Source: Auanema rhodensis (lineage: Eukaryota > Animalia > Nematoda). Taken from it: a stretch of DNA of 64,000 nt. The DNA lies in contig OZ059896.1 of NCBI GenBank assembly GCA_964057225.1, positions 1,736,001 through 1,800,000 on the forward strand, read 5' to 3'. Below the pieces are notes generated by a model. The model saw only the letters and a program-made list of their open reading frames with translations. It was not told where the DNA came from and made no database searches. Below, piece by piece: positions 1 to 11,934 of the stretch (its first letter is position 1; each line of letters opens with the position of its first letter). The translations under genes were made by a program, and so were the position numbers.

Positions 1-39
1 TTTAGCTTTTCTCAATGTAGTATAGTGCATTCGATGCGG

Positions 40-90
40 ATTTTTAAGCTGCGTCGATCTGTGTTATCAGATTTGCGCTAGCTTAAAAAT
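40..90. other. 51-bp imperfect inverted repeat (hairpin/cruciform-capable), present in every monomer at offsets 40-90
   Basis: ATTTTTAAGCT (40-50) is the exact reverse complement of AGCTTAAAAAT (80-90). GCG 51-53 pairs with CGC 76-78, ATCTG 57-61 pairs with CAGAT 68-72, and the loop is TGTTAT (62-67). Confidence 0.9.
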
Positions 91-107
91 GCACCGAGAT
101 ATCAACT

Positions 108-129
108 GATATAAGTTCACACTTATATC
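108..129. other. 9-bp-stem inverted repeat with 4-nt loop in the monomer
   Basis: GATATAAGT (108-116) / ACTTATATC (121-129), loop TCAC. It overlaps a second dyad, ATATCA-ac-TGATAT (99-112). Confidence 0.85.
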
Positions 130-231
130 CTCGATTTTCACCCTGAAGAATTAATTTTTTCGTTGAATAACATTGTCCATCGTTTTTGCCTTGAAAAAAG
201 GAATCTAAAAACATCTACTTTTTGCTAAATT

Positions 232-266
232 ATTTTGAAATTTTTCGAAAAAATTTTTGTCAAAAT
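232..266. other. AT-rich imperfect palindrome centred on TTCGAA
   Basis: Perfect 12-bp palindrome TTTTTCGAAAAA (241-252), flanked by ATTTTGA (232-238) / TCAAAAT (260-266). Confidence 0.8.
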
Positions 267-279
267 GTTTTTGGAAGCA

Positions 280-307
280 ATTTTGAGTGTACATGGAAAC
301 TCAACAT
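280..307. other. Short inverted repeat, extended to 9 bp in the 282G variant
   Basis: TTGAGT (283-288) / ACTCAA (299-304). Variant copies read ATGTTGAGT / ACTCAACAT. Confidence 0.7.
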
Positions 308-3300
308 ACACTAATGCATCATTTTTCAAACGATCATAACTAATTTTTGTATTCAGCTTTTTTCAATGTAGTATAGTGCATTCGATGCGGATTTTTATGC
401 TGCGTCGATCTGTGTTATCAGATTTGCGCTAGCTTAAAAATGCACCGAGATATCAACTGATATAAGTTTACACTTATATCCTCGATTTTCACCCTGAAGA
501 AATAATTTTTTCGTTGAATAACATTGTCCATCGTTTTTGCCTTGAAAAAAGGAATCTAAAAACATCTACTTTTTGCTAAATTATCTTGAAATTTTTCGAA
601 AAAATTTTTGTCAAAATGTTTTTGGAAGCAATTTTGAGTGTACATGGAAACTCAACATACACTAATGCATCATTTTTCAAACGATCATAACTAATTTTTG
701 TATTCAGCTTTTTTCAATGTAGTATAGTGCATTCGATGCGGATTTTTATGCTGCGTCGATCTGTGTTATCAGATTTGCGCTAGCTTAAAAATGCACCGAG
801 ATATCAACTGATATAAGTTCACACTTATATCCTCGATTTTCACCCTGAAGAAATAATTTTTTCGTTGAATAACATTGTCCATCGTTTTTGCCTTGAAAAA
901 AGGAATCTAAAAACATCTACTTTTTGCTAAATTATTTTGAAATTTTTCGAAAAAATTTTTGTCAAAATGTTTTTGGAAGCAATTTTGAGTGTACATGGAA
1001 ACTCAACATACACTAATGCATCATTTTTCAAACGATCATAACTAATTTTTGTATTTAGCTTTTCTTAATGTAGTATAGTGCATTCGATGCGGATTTTTAA
1101 GCTGCGTCGATCTGTGTTATCAGATTTGCGCTAGCTTAAAAATGCACCGAGATATCAACTGATATAAGTTCACACTTATATCCTCGATTTTCACCCTGAA
1201 GAATTAATTTTTTCGTTGAATATCATTGTCCATCGTTTTTGCCTTGAAAAAAGGAATCTAAAAACATCTACTTTTTGCTAAATTATTCTCAAATTTTTCG
1301 AAAAAATTTTTGTCAAAATGTTTTTGGAAGCAATTTTGAGTGTACATGGAAACTCAACATACACTAATGCATCATTTTTCAAACGATCATAACTAATTTT
1401 TGTATTTAGCTTTTCTCAATGTAGTATAGTGCATTCGATGCGGATTTTTAAGCTGCGTCGATCTGTGTTATCAGATTTGCGCTAGCTTAAAAATGCACCG
1501 AGATATCAACTGATATAAGTTCACACTTATATCCTCGATTTTCACCCTGAAGAATTAATTTTTTCGTTGAATAACATTGTCCATCGTTTTTGCCTTGAAA
1601 AAAGGAATCTAAAAACATCTACTTTTTGCTAAATTATTTTGAAATTTTTCGAAAAAATTTTTGTCAAAATGTTTTTGGAAGCAATTTTGAGTGTACATGG
1701 AAACTCAACATACACTAATGCATCATTTTTCAAACGATCATAACTAATTTTTGTATTTAGCTTTTCTCAATGTAGTATAGTGCATTCGATGCGGATTTTT
1801 AAGCTGCGTCGATCTGTGTTATCAGATTTGCGCTAGCTTAAAAATGCACCGAGATATCAACTGATATAAGTTCACACTTATATCCTCGATTTTCACCCTG
1901 AAGAATTAATTTTTTCGTTGAATAACATTGTCCATCGTTTTTGCCTTGAAAAAAGGAATCTAAAAACATCTACTTTTTGCTAAATTATTTTGAAATTTTT
2001 CGAAAAAATTTTTGTCAAAATGTTTTTGGAAGCAATTTTGAGTGTACATGGAAACTCAACATACACTAATGCATCATTTTTCAAACGATCATAACTAATT
2101 TTTGTATTCAGCTTTTTTCAATGTAGTATAGTGCATTCGATGCGGATTTTTATGCTGCGTCGATCTGTGTTATCAGATTTGCGCTAGCTTAAAAATGCAC
2201 CGAGATATCAACTGATATAAGTTTACACTTATATCCTCGATTTTCACCCTGAAGAAATAATTTTTTCGTTGAATAACATTGTCCATCGTTTTTGCCTTGA
2301 AAAAAGGAATCTAAAAACATCTACTTTTTGCTAAATTATTTTGAAATTTTTCGAAAAAATTTTTGTCAAAATGTTTTTGGAAGCAATTTTGAGTGTACAT
2401 GGAAACTCAACATACACTAATGCATCATTTTTCAAACGATCATAACTAATTTTTGTATTCAGCTTTTTTCAATGTAGTATAGTGCATTCGATGCGGATTT
2501 TTATGCTGCGTCGATCTGTGTTATCAGATTTGCGCTAGCTTAAAAATGCACCGAGATATCAACTGATATAAGTTCACACTTATATCCTCGATTTTCACCC
2601 TGAAGAAATAATTTTTTCGTTGAATAACATTGTCCATCGTTTTTGCCTTGAAAAAAGGAATCTAAAAACATCTACTTTTTGCTAAATTATTTTGAAATTT
2701 TTCGAAAAAATTTTTGTCAAAATGTTTTTGGAAGCAATTTTGAGTGTACATGGAAACTCAACATACACTAATGCATCATTTTTCAAACGATCATAACTAA
2801 TTTTTGTATTTAGCTTTTCTTAATGTAGTATAGTGCATTCGATGCGGATTTTTAAGCTGCGTCGATCTGTGTTATCAGATTTGCGCTAGCTTAAAAATGC
2901 ACCGAGATATCAACTGATATAAGTTCACACTTATATCCTCGATTTTCACCCTGAAGAATTAATTTTTTCGTTGAATAACATTGTCTATCGTTTTTGCCTT
3001 GAAAAAAGGAATCTAAAAATACCTACTTTTTGCTAAATTATTTTGAAATTTTTCGAAAAAATTTTTGTCAAAATGTTTTTGGAAGCAATTTTGAGTGTAC
3101 ATGGAAACTCAACATACACTAATGCATCATTTTTCAAACGATCATAACTAATTTTTGTATTTAGCTTTTCTCAATGTTATATAGTGCATTCGATGCGGAT
3201 TTTTAAGCTGCGTCGATCTGTGTTATCAGATTTGCGCTAGCTTAAAAATGCACCGAGATATCAACTGATATAAGTTCACACATATATCCTCGATTTTCAC

Positions 3301-6300
3301 CCTGAAGAATTAATTTTTTCGTTGAATAACATTGTCTATCGTTTTTGCCTTGAAAAAAGGAATCTAAAAACATCTACTTTTTGCTAAATTATTTTGAAAT
3401 TTTTCGAAAAAATTTTTGTCAAAATGTTTTTGGAAGCAATTTTGAGTGTACATGGAAACTCAACATACACTAATGCATCATTTTTCAAACGATCATAACT
3501 AATTTTTGTATTCAGCTTTTTTCAATGTAGTATAGTGCATTCGATGCGGATTTTTATGCTGCGTCGATCTGTGTTATCAGATTTGCGCTAGCTTAAAAAT
3601 GCACCGAGATATCAACTGATATAAGTTCACACTTATATCCTCGATTTTCACCCTGAAGAAATAATTTTTTCGTTGAATAACATTGTCCATCGTTTTTGCC
3701 TTGAAAAAAGGAATCTAAAAACATCTACTTTTTGCTAAATTATTTTGAAATTTTTCGAAAAAATTTTTGTCAAAATGTTTTTGGAAGCAATTTTGAGTGT
3801 ACATGGAAACTCAACATACACTAATGCATCATTTTTCAAACGATCATAACTAATTTTTGTATTTAGCTTTTCTTAATGTAGTATAGTGCATTCGATGCGG
3901 ATTTTTAAGCTGCGTCGATCTGTGTTATCAGATTTGCGCTAGCTTAAAAATGCACCGAGATATCAACTGATATAAGTTCACACTTATATCCTCGATTTTC
4001 ACCCTGAAGAATTAATTTTTTCGTTGAATATCATTGTCCATCGTTTTTGCCTTGAAAAAAGGAATCTAAAAACATCTACTTTTTGCTAAATTATTCTCAA
4101 ATTTTTCGAAAAAATTTTTGTCAAAATGTTTTTGGAAGCAATTTTGAGTGTACATGGAAACTCAACATACACTAATGCATCATTTTTCAAACGATCATAA
4201 CTAATTTTTGTATTTAGCTTTTCTCAATGTAATATAGTGCATTCGATGCGGATTTTCAAGCTGCGTCGATCTGTGTTATCAGATTTGCGCTAGCTTAAAA
4301 ATGCACCGAGATATCAACTGATATAAGTTCACACTTATATCCTCGATTTTCACCCTGAAGAATTAATTTTTTCGTTGAATAACATTGTCCATCGTTTTTG
4401 CCTTGAAAAAAGGAATCTAAAAACATCTACTTTTTGCTAAATTATTTTGAAATTTTTCGAAAAAATTTTTGTCAAAATGTTTTTGGAAGCAATTTTGAGT
4501 GTACATGGAAACTCAACATACACTAATGCATCATTTTTCAAACGATCATAACTAATTTTTGTATTAAGCGTTTCTCAATGTTGTATAGTGCATTCGATGC
4601 GGATTTTTAAGCTGCGTCGATCTGTACTATCAGATTTGCGCTAGCTTGAAAATGCACCGAGATATCAACTGATATAAGTTCACACTTATATCCTCGATTT
4701 TCACCCTGAAGAATTAATTTTTTCGTTGAATAACATTGTCCATCGTTTTTGCCTTGAAAAAAGGAATCTAAAAACATCTACTTTTTGCTAAATTATTTTG
4801 AAATTTTTCGAAAAAATTTTTGTCAAAATGTTTTTGGAAGCAATTTTGAGTGTACATGGAAACTCAACATACACTAATGCATCATTTTTCAAACGATCAT
4901 AACTAATTTTTGTATTTAGCTTTTCTCAATGTAGTATAGTGCATTCGATGCGGATTTTTAAGCTGCGTCGATCTGTGTTATCAGATTTGCGCTAGCTTAA
5001 AAATGCACCGAGATATCAACTGATATAAGTTCACACTTATATCCTCGATTTTCACCCTGAAGAATTAATTTTTTCGTTGAATAACATTGTCCATCGTTTT
5101 TGCCTTGAAAAAAGGAATCTAAAAACATCTACTTTTTGCTAAATTATTTTGAAATTTTTCGAAAAAATTTTTGTCAAAATGTTTTTGGAAGCAATTTTGA
5201 GTGTACATGGAAACTCAACATACACTAATGCATCATTTTTCAAACGATCATAACTAATTTTTGTATTCAGCTTTTTTCAATGTAGTATAGTGCATTCGAT
5301 GCGGATTTTTATGCTGCGTCGATCTGTGTTATCAGATTTGCGCTAGCTTAAAAATGCACCGAGATATCAACTGATATAAGTTTACACTTATATCCTCGAT
5401 TTTCACCCTGAAGAAATAATTTTTTCGTTGAATAACATTGTCCATCGTTTTTGCCTTGAAAAAAGGAATCTAAAAACATCTACTTTTTGCTAAATTATCT
5501 TGAAATTTTTCGAAAAAATTTTTGTCAAAATGTTTTTGGAAGCAATTTTGAGTGTACATGGAAACTCAACATACACTAATGCATCATTTTTCAAACGATC
5601 ATAACTAATTTTTGTATTCAGCTTTTTTCAATGTAGTATAGTGCATTCGATGCGGATTTTTATGCTGCGTCGATCTGTGTTATCAGATTTGCGCTAGCTT
5701 AAAAATGCACCGAGATATCAACTGATATAAGTTCACACTTATATCCTCGATTTTCACCCTGAAGAAATAATTTTTTCGTTGAATAACATTGTCCATCGTT
5801 TTTGCCTTGAAAAAAGGAATCTAAAAACATCTACTTTTTGCTAAATTATTTTGAAATTTTTCGAAAAAATTTTTGTCAAAATGTTTTTGGAAGCAATTTT
5901 GAGTGTACATGGAAACTCAACATACACTAATGCATCATTTTTCAAACGATCATAACTAATTTTTGTATTTAGCTTTTCTTAATGTAGTATAGTGCATTCG
6001 ATGCGGATTTTTAAGCTGCGTCGATCTGTGTTATCAGATTTGCGCTAGCTTAAAAATGCACCGAGATATCAACTGATATAAGTTCACACTTATATCCTCG
6101 ATTTTCACCCTGAAGAATTAATTTTTTCGTTGAATATCATTGTCCATCGTTTTTGCCTTGAAAAAAGGAATCTAAAAACATCTACTTTTTGCTAAATTAT
6201 TCTCAAATTTTTCGAAAAAATTTTTGTCAAAATGTTTTTGGAAGCAATTTTGAGTGTACATGGAAACTCAACATACACTAATGCATCATTTTTCAAACGA

Positions 6301-8424
6301 TCATAACTAATTTTTGTATTTAGCTTTTCTCAATGTAGTATAGTGCATTCGATGCGGATTTTTAAGCTGCGTCGATCTGTGTTATCAGATTTGCGCTAGC
6401 TTAAAAATGCACCGAGATATCAACTGATATAAGTTCACACTTATATCCTCGATTTTCACCCTGAAGAATTAATTTTTTCGTTGAATAACATTGTCCATCG
6501 TTTTTGCCTTGAAAAAAGGAATCTAAAAACATCTACTTTTTGCTAAATTATTTTGAAATTTTTCGAAAAAATTTTTGTCAAAATGTTTTTGGAAGCAATT
6601 TTGAGTGTACATGGAAACTCAACATACACTAATGCATCATTTTTCAAACGATCATAACTAATTTTTGTATTTAGCTTTTCTCAATGTAGTATAGTGCATT
6701 CGATGCGGATTTTTAAGCTGCGTCGATCTGTGTTATCAGATTTGCGCTAGCTTAAAAATGCACCGAGATATCAACTGATATAAGTTCACACTTATATCCT
6801 CGATTTTCACCCTGAAGAATTAATTTTTTCGTTGAATAACATTGTCCATCGTTTTTGCCTTGAAAAAAGGAATCTAAAAACATCTACTTTTTGCTAAATT
6901 ATTTTGAAATTTTTCGAAAAAATTTTTGTCAAAATGTTTTTGGAAGCAATTTTGAGTGTACATGGAAACTCAACATACACTAATGCATCATTTTTCAAAC
7001 GATCATAACTAATTTTTGTATTCAGCTTTTTTCAATGTAGTATAGTGCATTCGATGCGGATTTTTATGCTGCGTCGATCTGTGTTATCAGATTTGCGCTA
7101 GCTTAAAAATGCACCGAGATATCAACTGATATAAGTTTACACTTATATCCTCGATTTTCACCCTGAAGAAATAATTTTTTCGTTGAATAACATTGTCCAT
7201 CGTTTTTGCCTTGAAAAAAGGAATCTAAAAACATCTACTTTTTGCTAAATTATTTTGAAATTTTTCGAAAAAATTTTTGTCAAAATGTTTTTGGAAGCAA
7301 TTTTGAGTGTACATGGAAACTCAACATACACTAATGCATCATTTTTCAAACGATCATAACTAATTTTTGTATTCAGCTTTTTTCAATGTAGTATAGTGCA
7401 TTCGATGCGGATTTTTATGCTGCGTCGATCTGTGTTATCAGATTTGCGCTAGCTTAAAAATGCACCGAGATATCAACTGATATAAGTTCACACTTATATC
7501 CTCGATTTTCACCCTGAAGAAATAATTTTTTCGTTGAATAACATTGTCCATCGTTTTTGCCTTGAAAAAAGGAATCTAAAAACATCTACTTTTTGCTAAA
7601 TTATTTTGAAATTTTTCGAAAAAATTTTTGTCAAAATGTTTTTGGAAGCAATTTTGAGTGTACATGGAAACTCAACATACACTAATGCATCATTTTTCAA
7701 ACGATCATAACTAATTTTTGTATTTAGCTTTTCTTAATGTAGTATAGTGCATTCGATGCGGATTTTTAAGCTGCGTCGATCTGTGTTATCAGATTTGCGC
7801 TAGCTTAAAAATGCACCGAGATATCAACTGATATAAGTTCACACTTATATCCTCGATTTTCACCCTGAAGAATTAATTTTTTCGTTGAATATCATTGTCC
7901 ATCGTTTTTGCCTTGAAAAAAGGAATCTAAAAACATCTACTTTTTGCTAAATTATTCTCAAATTTTTCGAAAAAATTTTTGTCAAAATGTTTTTGGAAGC
8001 AATTTTGAGTGTACATGGAAACTCAACATACACTAATGCATCATTTTTCAAACGATCATAACTAATTTTTGTATTTAGCTTTTCTCAATGTAGTATAGTG
8101 CATTCGATGCGGATTTTTAAGCTGCGTCGATCTGTGTTATCAGATTTGCGCTAGCTTAAAAATGCACCGAGATATCAACTGATATAAGTTCACACTTATA
8201 TCCTCGATTTTCACCCTGAAGAATTAATTTTTTCGTTGAATAACATTGTCCATCGTTTTTGCCTTGAAAAAAGGAATCTAAAAACATCTACTTTTTGCTA
8301 AATTATTTTGAAATTTTTCGAAAAAATTTTTGTCAAAATGTTTTTGGAAGCAATTTTGAGTGTACATGGAAACTCAACATACACTAATGCATCATTTTTC
8401 AAACGATCATAACTAATTTTTGTA

Positions 8425-11400
8425 TTCAGCTTTTTTCAATGTAGTATAGTGCATTCGATGCGGATTTTTATGCTGCGTCGATCTGTGTTATCAGATTTGC
8501 GCTAGCTTAAAAATGCACCGAGATATCAACTGATATAAGTTTACACTTATATCCTCGATTTTCACCCTGAAGAAATAATTTTTTCGTTGAATAACATTGT
8601 CCATCGTTTTTGCCTTGAAAAAAGGAATCTAAAAACATCTACTTTTTGCTAAATTATTTTGAAATTTTTCGAAAAAATTTTTGTCAAAATGTTTTTGGAA
8701 GCAATTTTGAGTGTACATGAAAACTCAACATACACTAATGCATCATTTTTCAAACGATCATAACTAATTTTTGTATTCAGCTTTTTTCAATGTAGTATAG
8801 TGCATTCGATGCGGATTTTTATGCTGCGTCGATCTGTGTTATCAGATTTGCGCTAGCTTAAAAATGCACCGAGATATCAACTGATATAAGTTTACACTTA
8901 TATCCTCGATTCTCACCCTGAAGAAATAATTTTTTCGTTGAATAACATTGTCCATCGTTTTTGCCTTGAAAAAAGGAATCTAAAAACATCTACTTTTTGC
9001 TAAATTATTTTGAAATTTTTCGAAAAAATTTTTGTCAAAATGTTTTTGGAAGCAATTTTGAGTGTACATGGAAACTCAACATACACTAATGCATCATTTT
9101 TCAAACGATCATAACTAATTTTTGTATTTAGCTTTTCTCAATGTAATATAGTGCATTCGATGCGGATTTTCAAGCTGCGTCGATCTGTGTTATCAGATTT
9201 GCGCTAGCTTAAAAATGCACCGAGATATCAACTGATATAAGTTCACACTTATATCCTCGATTTTCACCCTGAAGAATTAATTTTTTCGTTGAATAACATT
9301 GTCCATCGTTTTTGCCTTGAAAAAAGGAATCTAAAAACATCTACTTTTTGCTAAATTATTTTGAAATTTTTCGAAAAAATTTTTGTCAAAATGTTTTTGG
9401 AAGCAATTTTGAGTGTACATGGAAACTCAACATACACTAATGCATCATTTTTCAAACGATCATAACTAATTTTTGTATTAAGCGTTTTTCAATGTTGTAT
9501 AGTGCATTCGATGCGGATTTTTAAGCTGCGTCGATCTGTACTATCAGATTTGCGCTAGCTTGAAAATGCACCGAGATATCAACTGATATAAGTTCACACC
9601 TATATCCTCGATTTTCACCCTGAAGAATTAATTTTTTCGTTGAATAACATTGTCTATCGTTTTTGCCTTGAAAAAAGGAATCTAAAAACATCTACTTTTT
9701 GCTAAATTATTCTCTAATTTTTCGAAAAAATTTTTGTCAAAATGTTTTTGGAAGCAATTTTGAGTGTACATGGAAACTCAACATACACTAATGCATCATT
9801 TTTCAAACGATCATAACTAATTTTTGTATTAAGCGTTTCTCAATGTAGTATAGTGCATTCGATGCGGATTTTTAAGCTGCGTCGATCTGTACTATCAGAT
9901 TTGCGCTAGCTTGAAAATGCACCGAGATATCAACTGATATAAGTTCACACCTATATCCTCGATTTTCACCCTGAAGAATTAATTTTTTCGTTGAATAACA
10001 TTGTCTATCGTTTTTGCCTTGAAAAAAGGAATCTAAAAACATCTACTTTTTGCTAAATTATTCTCAAATTTTTCGAAAAAATTTTTGTCAAAATGTTTTT
10101 GGAAGCAATTTTGAGTGTACATGGAAACTCAACATACACTAATGCATCATTTTTCAAACGATCATAACTAATTTTTGTATTCAGCTTTTTTCAATGTAGT
10201 ATAGTGCATTCGATGCGGATTTTTATGCTGCGTCGATCTGTGTTATCAGATTTGCGCTAGCTTAAAAATGCACCGAGATATCAACTGATATAAGTTTACA
10301 CTTATATCCTCGATTTTCACCCTGAAGAAATAATTTTTTCGTTGAATAACATTGTCCATCGTTTTTGCCTTGAAAAAAGGAATCTAAAAACATCTACTTT
10401 TTGCTAAATTATTTTGAAATTTTTCGAAAAAATTTTTGTCAAAATGTTTTTGGAAGCAATTTTGAGTGTACATGAAAACTCAACATACACTAATGCATCA
10501 TTTTTCAAACGATCATAACTAATTTTTGTATTCAGCTTTTTTCAATGTAGTATAGTGCATTCGATGCGGATTTTTATGCTGCGTCGATCTGTGTTATCAG
10601 ATTTGCGCTAGCTTAAAAATGCACCGAGATATCAACTGATATAAGTTTACACTTATATCCTCGATTCTCACCCTGAAGAAATAATTTTTTCGTTGAATAA
10701 CATTGTCCATCGTTTTTGCCTTGAAAAAAGGAATCTAAAAACATCTACTTTTTGCTAAATTATTTTGAAATTTTTCGAAAAAATTTTTGTCAAAATGTTT
10801 TTGGAAGCAATTTTGAGTGTACATGGAAACTCAACATACACTAATGCATCATTTTTCAAACGATCATAACTAATTTTTGTATTTAGCTTTTCTCAATGTA
10901 ATATAGTGCATTCGATGCGGATTTTCAAGCTGCGTCGATCTGTGTTATCAGATTTGCGCTAGCTTAAAAATGCACCGAGATATCAACTGATATAAGTTCA
11001 CACTTATATCCTCGATTTTCACCCTGAAGAATTAATTTTTTCGTTGAATAACATTGTCCATCGTTTTTGCCTTGAAAAAAGGAATCTAAAAACATCTACT
11101 TTTTGCTAAATTATTTTGAAATTTTTCGAAAAAATTTTTGTCAAAATGTTTTTGGAAGCAATTTTGAGTGTACATGGAAACTCAACATACACTAATGCAT
11201 CATTTTTCAAACGATCATAACTAATTTTTGTATTAAGCGTTTTTCAATGTTGTATAGTGCATTCGATGCGGATTTTTAAGCTGCGTCGATCTGTACTATC
11301 AGATTTGCGCTAGCTTGAAAATGCACCGAGATATCAACTGATATAAGTTCACACCTATATCCTCGATTTTCACCCTGAAGAATTAATTTTTTCGTTGAAT

Positions 11401-11934
11401 AACATTGTCTATCGTTTTTGCCTTGAAAAAAGGAATCTAAAAACATCTACTTTTTGCTAAATTATTCTCTAATTTTTCGAAAAAATTTTTGTCAAAATGT
11501 TTTTGGAAGCAATTTTGAGTGTACATGGAAACTCAACATACACTAATGCATCATTTTTCAAACGATCATAACTAATTTTTGTATTAAGCGTTTCTCAATG
11601 TAGTATAGTGCATTCGATGCGGATTTTTAAGCTGCGTCGATCTGTACTATCAGATTTGCGCTAGCTTGAAAATGCACCGAGATATCAACTGATATAAGTT
11701 CACACCTATATCCTCGATTTTCACCCTGAAGAATTAATTTTTTCGTTGAATAACATTGTCTATCGTTTTTGCCTTGAAAAAAGGAATCTAAAAACATCTA
11801 CTTTTTGCTAAATTATTCTCAAATTTTTCGAAAAAATTTTTGTCAAAATGTTTTTGGAAGCAATTTTGAGTGTACATGGAAACTCAACATACACTAATGC
11901 ATCATTTTTCAAACGATCATAACTAATTTTTGTA
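8425..11934 (+). repeat. Perfect tandem duplication of a 5-monomer block (2 x 1755 bp)
   Basis: Private alleles catgAaaa, gattCtcacc, gcgttttTc and ttctcTaat each occur twice, 1755 bp apart (blocks 8425-10179 and 10180-11934). Confidence 0.9.

Larger units (their letters stand above)
1..351 (+). repeat. Reference (consensus-like) 351-bp monomer; monomer boundary is arbitrary (window start)
   Basis: The same sequence recurs apparently unchanged at 1405, 1756, 4915, 6319, 6670 and 8074, and it carries the majority allele at the variable sites. Confidence 0.9.
1..8424 (+). repeat. Higher-order domain 1: quasi 5-mer order of monomer types (consensus, B, B', D, consensus) with a block repeated at a 14-monomer (4914 bp) offset
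   Basis: Monomers 1-8 match monomers 15-22 in type order. The rare allele ttatCttgaa occurs at 585 and 5499. The aataTcat allele (type D) was seen only in this domain (monomers at 1054, 3862, 5968, 7723). Confidence 0.75.

Noticed and set aside
57-82. Helitron 3' end (hairpin followed by CTAG) or MITE origin
   Set aside because: The CTAG sits inside the larger hairpin and is followed by C rather than T. No terminal inverted repeats or target-site duplications could be defined.
40-129. Rho-independent terminators or bacterial promoters
   Set aside because: There is no gene context. The stems are AT-rich and part of a satellite unit.
158-174. CENP-B-box-like TTTCGTTGAATAACATT
   Set aside because: It matches only the TTCG and A positions. 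The essential CGGG half is absent.
143-300. Hammerhead ribozyme, as known from some animal satellites (CTGAAGA at 143-149; GAAA at 193-196 and 296-299)
   Set aside because: I could not build stems I-III or a valid NUH cleavage triplet around the motif. An Infernal/RNAMotif search on a monomer dimer would settle it.
1-351. Monomer as an ancient dimer of about 175-bp subunits
   Set aside because: No convincing internal direct similarity between the halves by eye beyond A/T runs. A self-alignment is needed.
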